Positions 58,702 through 64,000 of a stretch of DNA of 64,000 nucleotides are shown here, in pieces. Location of the stretch: assembly GCA_964460145.1 (NCBI GenBank), contig CAYWPH010000001.1:26579-90578 (forward strand), in the 5' to 3' direction. Position numbers and translations under genes: made by a program. The notes under the pieces were generated by a model, which saw only the letters and a program-made list of their open reading frames with translations, had not been told where the DNA came from and did not search any database. The first letter of the stretch is position 1; the number at the start of each line of letters is the position of its first letter. Source of the stretch: an uncultured Gammaproteobacteria bacterium. Lineage in GTDB: Bacteria; Patescibacteriota; Microgenomatia; Levybacterales; UBA12049.

Positions 58702-59567
58702 AGATTTTAGGAACAGGTTTAAATGGTTTAATTGGCTCAAGAATTGTTGAGCTCAATAAAGATAAACATACTTTTCAAAATATAAGTCGGTCAACAGGCG
58801 TTGATATTACTGATTATTCTCAAGTTTTAAATACAATTTCTTCCTCAGATGCGAAAGTTGTATTCCACGCAGCAGCATATACTAACGTAAAAGGTGCACA
58901 AAAAGAAAAGGATCTTAAAGAAAAAAGCGAGTCTTGGAAAATAAATGTAATTGGTACTCAAAATGTTGCAAAAGCTTGTAGTCAAACAGGAAAAAAATTA
59001 ATTCACATTTCAACAGATATGGTAGTAGGTGGAGATGATATGCCTGAAGGTGGATTTAAGGAAGACACAGTTCCAAATCCATTAAGCTTTTATGCTGTTA
59101 CAAAGTCAGAAGCAGAAAAAGTAGTGCAAAGTCTTTCAACTCCCTGGGTAATTATGAGAACAGCCTATCCCTACAGAGCTTCGTTTGAAAAACCGGATTT
59201 TGTGAGGTTTTTTAAAGACTTAATATCTAGTGGCAAATCGATTTCCGTATTAACTGATAGGCTTATTTCCCCAACCTTTATTGATGATCTTGCGGTAGTA
59301 TTAGATGTTTTAGTAGAGAAAAACGCATCAGGAATTTATCACAGCGTTGGAAGCCAAATAGTCAGCGTATATGACGCAGTAATATTAGTTGCAAAGGCTT
59401 ATAATTTAGACACTGGGTTAGTTGGTAAAACAACAAGAAAAGAGTTTCTTATCGGCCTTCCACCAGAGCCCTTTTCATCAGCCTTGAACAATGATAAAAT
59501 TAGGGAGCTTGGTGTAGAAATGCACACTTTTGAACAAGGTCTAGAGATTATTAAAACACAAATATGA
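58698..59567 (+). CDS. rfbD: dTDP-4-dehydrorhamnose reductase
   Basis: GLNGLIG, AAYTNV, HISTD, YAVTK, SPTF. Confidence 0.88.
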   Translation: MKILGTGLNGLIGSRIVELNKDKHTFQNISRSTGVDITDYSQVLNTISSSDAKVVFHAAAYTNVKGAQKEKDLKEKSESWKINVIGTQNVAKACSQTGKKLIHISTDMVVGGDDMPEGGFKEDTVPNPLSFYAVTKSEAEKVVQSLSTPWVIMRTAYPYRASFEKPDFVRFFKDLISSGKSISVLTDRLISPTFIDDLAVVLDVLVEKNASGIYHSVGSQIVSVYDAVILVAKAYNLDTGLVGKTTRKEFLIGLPPEPFSSALNNDKIRELGVEMHTFEQGLEIIKTQI

Positions 59568-60856
59568 CAATAACTTTTATTGGACACGGATATGTTGGAC
59601 TGGTTACCGCAGCAGTTTTTGCAGATTTAGGTAATACTGTTTGGGTAATCGGACATACAGAAGGGAAAATTAACAATCTTAAAAAAGGAATAATTCCAAT
59701 TTATGAGCCTGGGCTTTCTGAAGTAGTGCAAAGAAACGTTGCCGCCGGAAGGCTTTTATTTACAATGGATTATGATCAGGCAATTCCAGCCTCAAAAGTA
59801 GTTTTTATTGCAGTTGGTACTCCTTCTAAAGAAAGCGGTGAAGCGGATTTATCAGTTGTTTTTGAAGTTGCAGAGAAACTTGGAAAGCATTTAGACGGTT
59901 ACAGCGTAGTCGTAACCAAAAGTACAGTTCCTGTTGGCACTTATAAAAAAACTAGAGAAATTATTGAAAAAGTAAAACCGGAAAGGTCGGAGTTTGATTT
60001 AGCTTCAGTCCCTGAATTTTTAAGAGAAGGTCAGGCTATTTCTGACACTCTGCATCCTGACAGAATCGTAATCGGAACTGACAGCCAAAAAGCTCAAGAT
60101 CTTCTTATTGAACTGCATGAACCAATTGACGGTAATTATGTTTTATCAAATATTGAAACAGCAGAGATGATCAAATATGCAGCAAATGCTTTTCTTGCTA
60201 CAAAAATATCTTTCTCAAATGCAATCGCAAAACTCAGTGAATTATCCAATGCTGACGGGCTAAAAGTATTAGAAGGAATTGGTCTTGATAAAAGAATTGG
60301 AAATCAGTTTTTGTCTCCTGGTGCAGGTTACGGCGGAAGTTGTTTTCCAAAAGACGTTAAGGCATTAATTTCTATTGCCAAGTCTTACGGTTATGATTTT
60401 TCTCTTCTTAAAGATGTAGATAATGTCAATCAAGATGCAATGGATGATATTGTAAGAAAAGCAAAGAAACTTTTAGGAGATAAAATAAATGGCGCAACAA
60501 TTGCAATACTTGGTTTATCGTTTAAGCCAAATACCGATGACATGCGAGACGCTCCTTCAATACCTATCATTAACAGCCTTTTAAAGGCAGGAGCAAAGAT
60601 TAAGGCATATGATCCGGTTGCAATGCAAAACGCAAAGAAGATTTTTTCAGGTATTGAATTTAGTGAAGACTCTTACTCGGCAGCAAGAGATGCAGATCTT
60701 CTAATAGTTATTACAGAATGGAATGAATTCAAGCAATTAGATCTGTCAAAAATAAAAGCAGTTATGAGAAATCCGGTAATTTTAGATGGAAGAAATATAT
60801 ATAACTCTGGGGAAGTTAAAAGACTTGAATTTACATATCAGGGCGTAGGTAGATAA
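59564..60856 (+). CDS. ugd: UDP-glucose 6-dehydrogenase
   Basis: GHGYVG, PEFLREG, GYGGSCFPKD, FKPNTDDMR. Confidence 0.94.
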   Translation: MTITFIGHGYVGLVTAAVFADLGNTVWVIGHTEGKINNLKKGIIPIYEPGLSEVVQRNVAAGRLLFTMDYDQAIPASKVVFIAVGTPSKESGEADLSVVFEVAEKLGKHLDGYSVVVTKSTVPVGTYKKTREIIEKVKPERSEFDLASVPEFLREGQAISDTLHPDRIVIGTDSQKAQDLLIELHEPIDGNYVLSNIETAEMIKYAANAFLATKISFSNAIAKLSELSNADGLKVLEGIGLDKRIGNQFLSPGAGYGGSCFPKDVKALISIAKSYGYDFSLLKDVDNVNQDAMDDIVRKAKKLLGDKINGATIAILGLSFKPNTDDMRDAPSIPIINSLLKAGAKIKAYDPVAMQNAKKIFSGIEFSEDSYSAARDADLLIVITEWNEFKQLDLSKIKAVMRNPVILDGRNIYNSGEVKRLEFTYQGVGR

Positions 60857-61815
60857 TGAATAAAAAAATTCTTATTACTGGTATTTTTGGATTTGCAGGA
60901 AACTATCTTGCACGTTTTCTTCTTACCCAAAAAGACGTTAAGGTTTTAGGTACATATCGCAGTCAAAAAAGTAAAGATCTTCTTTCAGACACTGCCTCTG
61001 ATCTTGAGCTTTATCAGCTTGACTTAATGGACTACGAAAAAGTAGTAGAAGTATTAGAAAAATCTAAACCTGATGAAATTTACCATCTTGCTGCTTTGGC
61101 TTCTGCTGCAGCGAGTTTTGAAAGCCCGGGTTTGGTAATAACCAATAATATAATTTCTCAACTAAATCTTTTTGAGGCAGTGAGACTAAATAAGTTAAGT
61201 CCCAAAATAATGATAATTTCATCCGCTGAGATTTATGGAATAGTGGATCCAAATGATCTTCCTGTGGATGAAGATACTGTGCTTAAACCTGCAAGTCCGT
61301 ATGCTGTATCAAAAATAGCTCAGGATTATATGGGACTGCAATATCATATTTCCTACAATTTAAACGTAATTAGAGCAAGGCCTTTTAATCATATCGGTCC
61401 GGGGCAAACAGATCAGTTTGCAACCAGCTCGTTTGCTAAAAAAATAGCTGAAATAGAAAAAGGTAAAAGAGAACCAATATTAACAGCTGGAAACTTAGAT
61501 GCTAAAAGAGATTTTACAGATGTAAGAGATATGGTAAAAGCTTATGTTTTGCTTATGGAAAAAGGAATTGCAGGAGAAGTTTATAATATTGGATCTGGTA
61601 AATCATATAAAATGTCTGAGGTTTTAGATATTCTTCTTTCATACTCAGATGCAAAAATTAAAGTTGAAGTAGATCCAGCTCTTCTTCGCCCAAGCGATAA
61701 CCCTGAGCTTTTATGTGACAATAATAAAATTAAAGATTTAACAGGATGGGCTCCTGAAATACCAATTGAGAAAACTCTAAAAGAAATACTTGAGTATTGG
61801 AGAAAAAACGTTTAA
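60856..61815 (+). CDS. NDP-sugar SDR, Rmd-like (GDP-4-keto-6-deoxymannose reductase)
   Basis: GIFGFAG, SPYAVSK, RPFNHIGPGQ, RDFTDVRD; adjacent to gmd. Confidence 0.8.
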   Translation: MNKKILITGIFGFAGNYLARFLLTQKDVKVLGTYRSQKSKDLLSDTASDLELYQLDLMDYEKVVEVLEKSKPDEIYHLAALASAAASFESPGLVITNNIISQLNLFEAVRLNKLSPKIMIISSAEIYGIVDPNDLPVDEDTVLKPASPYAVSKIAQDYMGLQYHISYNLNVIRARPFNHIGPGQTDQFATSSFAKKIAEIEKGKREPILTAGNLDAKRDFTDVRDMVKAYVLLMEKGIAGEVYNIGSGKSYKMSEVLDILLSYSDAKIKVEVDPALLRPSDNPELLCDNNKIKDLTGWAPEIPIEKTLKEILEYWRKNV

Positions 61816-62826
61816 TTAATGGATTTTAAAGCGTTCAAGGTCAGCTTCTACCATTATTTTCATTAGTTCTTCAAATGATGTCTTTGGTTCCCAGCCTAAT
61901 TCTTTTTTCGCAAGTGAGTAGTCTCCTCTTAATTCAGTAATCTCAGTTGGTCTAAGCAGCTTTTCATTTGAGATTACATGATCTTCCCAATTTAAGCCAA
62001 CATGTTCAAATGCAATTTTACATGCATCTTTCACAGAGTATGTTGTGTTTGTTCCGATAACATAATCTTTGGGCTTTGAATTTTGCAGCATAAGCCACAT
62101 AGCTTCAACGTAATCTTTAGCATATCCCCAGTCCCTTTTTGAGTCTAAGTTTCCCAAATGCAATTTACCCTTTGCATCAATCAATGGTTCTCCGAGCTCA
62201 TTTAAGGGAGGATTTTTAACGCCATTTTTTATACAAGCAGCAGCTACTGAAATCTTTCTCGTTACAAAATGCAAGCTTCTCCTTGGGCTTTCGTGGTTAA
62301 AAAGAATACCCCCACAGGCAAACATTCCATAAGATTCTCTGTAGCAGCGCGTCATCATATAAGCATAAGTTTTTGCAATTCCGTAAGGGTTGTTAGCGTC
62401 ACAAGGGGTTTTTTCTGTTGCGGATTCTGCTTCAATATTTCCATAAATTTCCCTACTAGTTGCCTGGTAAAATTTTGCTTGAGAAGCAAAATGTCTTACA
62501 GTCTCCATTGCTCTTACTGGTCCTAAAGCTGTTACCTCACCGGTATAAAAAGGATGAGTCCAGCTGTCTGCAGGAATACTTTGGGCTGCTATGTTGTATA
62601 CCTCATCGGGTTTGCTTTTTCGTACAGCGTTTGCAATACTTTCAATGTCAATTAAATCAGCAGCTTCAATCTTAATTTTTCCGTAGAGGTGAGTAATGTT
62701 TTCTTGATAAAAGTTTGTGGTATGCCTGATAGTTCCTGTTACCTCATAGCCTTTATCTAATAAAAGTTCTGCAAGATATGAGCCGTCTTGTGAAGAAACC
62801 CCGATAATAAGTGCTTTTTTAGCCAT
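61816..62826 (-). CDS. gmd: GDP-mannose 4,6-dehydratase
   Basis: QDGSYLAELLL, GILFNHESPRR, FVTRKI, RDWGYA. Confidence 0.94.
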   Translation of the reverse strand: MAKKALIIGVSSQDGSYLAELLLDKGYEVTGTIRHTTNFYQENITHLYGKIKIEAADLIDIESIANAVRKSKPDEVYNIAAQSIPADSWTHPFYTGEVTALGPVRAMETVRHFASQAKFYQATSREIYGNIEAESATEKTPCDANNPYGIAKTYAYMMTRCYRESYGMFACGGILFNHESPRRSLHFVTRKISVAAACIKNGVKNPPLNELGEPLIDAKGKLHLGNLDSKRDWGYAKDYVEAMWLMLQNSKPKDYVIGTNTTYSVKDACKIAFEHVGLNWEDHVISNEKLLRPTEITELRGDYSLAKKELGWEPKTSFEELMKIMVEADLERFKIH

Positions 62827-62904
62827 AGATAGATTAAATATTACTTTATCAAAAACTCATCCTTTTCACAATAGCAATTTTAAGCTACAATTGAGATTGA
62901 AAAT

Positions 62905-63858
62905 ATGGATACGTGTTTGGTCGCAGGAGGCGCTGGATTTATCGGTACACATCTTTGCAAACGCCTTCTTAATAAAAACCTAAAAGTCATCTGCGTAGAT
63001 AATTTCGTTAGCAGTGCTCCTAAAAATATTGACAAGCTAAAAGAAAATAACAATTTTAGCTTTATAGAGCATGACGTGATAAAACCTTTGCCACAAGATT
63101 TAAAAGCTGATTTTGTTTTTAACCTTGCTTCACCTGCTTCTCCTAATCATCACAGCAAAATCAGCTATCATGCACTTGCCTTGGAAACCATGCTTGTTAA
63201 TACAACCGGAACATTTGAGCTGTTAAAATTTGCTCAAAAAAATAATGCTAAATTTTTATTTACTTCAACCTCTGAAGTATACGGAGACCCCCTAGAACAT
63301 CCCCAGAACGAAGAGTATAGAGGAAATGTCTCAACAACCGGTCCCCGCTCTGTCTATGACGAATCAAAAAGATTTGGTGAGACAATCACGGCATATTTTG
63401 TAAGAAACAATGGCGTTGATGCAAGAATTGCTAGAATTTTTAATACTTACGGCCCAGGCATGATGAGAGAAGACAAAAGAATGATAGTTGAGTTTATAAC
63501 ACAGGCGTTGGAAGGGAAACCGATAACAGTTTTTGGCGATGGAAATCAAACAAGATCTTTATGTTTCGTAGAAGATTTGGTTGAGGGACTAATTGAGTTA
63601 ATGTTTAATCCTGATACGAAGGCAGAGGTGGTAAATTTAGGATCTGAAGATGAGCACAGTGTTTTAGAATATGCAAATCTTGTTAAAAAATTAACTAATT
63701 CAGATTCAGAAATAGTACTTTCTGAAAGCTTGCCGGTTGACGATCCCCATAAAAGAAAACCAGATATTGCAAAAGCAAAAAGGCTTTTAAATTGGTACCC
63801 AAAAATTGGCCTAGAAGAAGGATTACTGCAAACAATAGAATATTTCAAGAGTTTATGA
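62905..63858 (+). CDS. UDP-glucuronate decarboxylase (UDP-xylose synthase)-like SDR
   Basis: LASPASP, TSTSEVYGDP, GPRSVYDESKR, RIFNTYGP. Confidence 0.88.
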   Translation: MDTCLVAGGAGFIGTHLCKRLLNKNLKVICVDNFVSSAPKNIDKLKENNNFSFIEHDVIKPLPQDLKADFVFNLASPASPNHHSKISYHALALETMLVNTTGTFELLKFAQKNNAKFLFTSTSEVYGDPLEHPQNEEYRGNVSTTGPRSVYDESKRFGETITAYFVRNNGVDARIARIFNTYGPGMMREDKRMIVEFITQALEGKPITVFGDGNQTRSLCFVEDLVEGLIELMFNPDTKAEVVNLGSEDEHSVLEYANLVKKLTNSDSEIVLSESLPVDDPHKRKPDIAKAKRLLNWYPKIGLEEGLLQTIEYFKSL

Positions 63859-63874
63859 TTTAATTAGTTATACG

Positions 63875-64000
63875 ATGAATGTAGTTATTGTTATTCCCAC
63901 ATATAATGAAGAAGGTAATATCGAGCGTCTAATAGAAATCTTAGAAAACGATATTTTCCCCAAAATCAAAAATCACAGAATGTCTATTTTAGTTGCTGAT
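63875..64000 (+). CDS. GT2 glycosyltransferase, DPM1-like (runs off the window)
   Basis: MNVVIVIPTYNEEGNI...ILVAD. Confidence 0.75.
   Translation, partial: MNVVIVIPTYNEEGNIERLIEILENDIFPKIKNHRMSILVAD

Noticed and set aside
836-63848. Many 60-145-aa ORFs antisense or out of frame within identified genes (e.g. 1130-1372, 17724-18110, 28583-29017, 35335-35634)
   Set aside because: Shadows of well-supported genes, with no motifs or independent expression signals
1-64000. Prophage, IS element, rRNA or known defence system
   Set aside because: No integrase, transposase, phage structural, rRNA-like or restriction-modification/cas sequence recognised

Overview
AT-rich bacterial chromosomal segment. 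Gene content (short TsaB, UvrD-PD-(D/E)XK fusion, class I LysRS, VanW/CAP/DUF192 proteins, mostly leaderless genes) suggests a Patescibacteria/CPR genome, probably Microgenomates (inference). In order: end of the alpha operon (rpoA-rplQ-rplM-rpsI); an isoprenoid cluster (idi, isopentenyl phosphate kinase, polyprenyl synthase, uppS); tRNA-Pro; recA-recX-rny; three small genes bounded by a repeated promoter unit; HU; RNase P RNA; ATP-citrate lyase; a lysC-dapB-dapA-asd operon; lysS, serS, secA, prfB; ftsE (frameshifted)-ftsX; tsaE/C/B; and a nucleotide-sugar/glycosyltransferase cluster. The main signals missing from the ORF track are: (1) two paralogous Lys-codon leader-peptide attenuators (KKNLxxRGFVL) before the DAP operon and before an unknown beta-propeller gene plus lysS; (2) a stand-alone unit encoding only MAKKKKKKK behind a perfect Shine-Dalgarno; (3) a ~106-nt 6S-like RNA before rny; (4) a repeat-delimited cassette array between rny and HU. 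No CRISPR array, prophage or IS element was seen. All structures and alignments were read by eye.
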